A stretch of DNA of 49,666 nt from IMG/VR virus record IMGVR_UViG_3300009515_000002, positions 1-49,666 of that record; one strand, 5' to 3'. A program made the position numbers and the translations under genes. Positions 49,573-49,666 of this stretch are shown one piece after another. The notes under the pieces were generated by a model. It was not told the origin of the DNA, made no database searches, and was given only the letters and a program-made list of their open reading frames with translations. Origin of the DNA: a virus. Each line of letters begins with the position of its first letter. The stretch's first letter is position 1.

Positions 49573-49599
49573 CGAAACGCTACACCCTGTAGCGTTTCG
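49573..49599. promoter_or_regulatory. Perfect 12-3-12 palindrome CGAAACGCTACA-CCC-TGTAGCGTTTCG
   Basis: The arms are exact reverse complements. The right arm is the first 12 nt of the terminal repeat. Function unknown (enhancer-like site, packaging site or ori element). Confidence 0.85.
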
Positions 49600-49666
49600 C
49601 TCCACGCGTAAGTCGTTGCCCTGTAGGGGTTTGCGTTTGGTGTAGCGTTTCGCTCCAACGCAAGTC
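49588..49666. repeat. Right copy of the exact 79-bp terminal direct repeat
   Basis: Identical to 1-79. Confidence 0.95.

Noticed and set aside
1-49666. T7-like single-subunit RNA polymerase and its 23-bp promoters
   Set aside because: No ORF of suitable size or motifs exists on either strand, and no long conserved promoter-like repeat was found. Transcription must depend on host polymerase.

Overview
The window looks like a complete ~49.6-kb tailed dsDNA phage genome. It is bounded by an exact 79-bp terminal direct repeat (1-79 = 49588-49666). There are two convergent gene blocks.

(1) The + strand, 602-28477, is the morphogenesis block. In order it encodes a GroES-like protein, TerS and TerL, then two tail-fibre/receptor-binding cassettes that each open with a paralogous ~120-aa protein. 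These are followed by a second GroES-like ORF, portal, scaffold, a decoration-like protein, major capsid, adaptor/tail proteins, a GNAT acetyltransferase and three large internal-virion-like proteins (877, 535 and 1357 aa). This is a podovirus/T7-like head-tail-core order, but with no phage RNA polymerase.

(2) The - strand, 49381 down to 28691, is the early/replication block. It starts with two early ORFs and a ~730-bp ori-like non-coding region, then many small (often Zn-ribbon) ORFs and a GC-rich three-gene island beside a tRNA-like fragment. The replication genes follow: Cas4-like nuclease, Sak4-like ATPase, DUF669-like protein, ParB-methyltransferase fusion, M15 peptidase, UDG-domain/family-A DNA polymerase fusion and a P-loop NTPase. 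The block ends with a BRCT protein, a DUF2384 (antitoxin-domain)-like ORF and a tRNA-Phe-like gene.

I saw no integrase, reverse transcriptase, CRISPR array or rRNA.

The most unusual signals are:
- three exact sigma-54-type (-24/-12) promoter matches clustered at the genome terminus next to a perfect palindrome;
- a recurring GTTCAC-N3-GTGAAC dyad motif;
- the terminal BRCT / DUF2384-like module;
- a 15-unit PGxAAIxLxxFAPT repeat array split over two fibre ORFs;
- two GroES-like genes;
- an acetyltransferase inside the internal-virion module.

All functional calls rest on motif recognition by eye and on gene order; no database search was possible.
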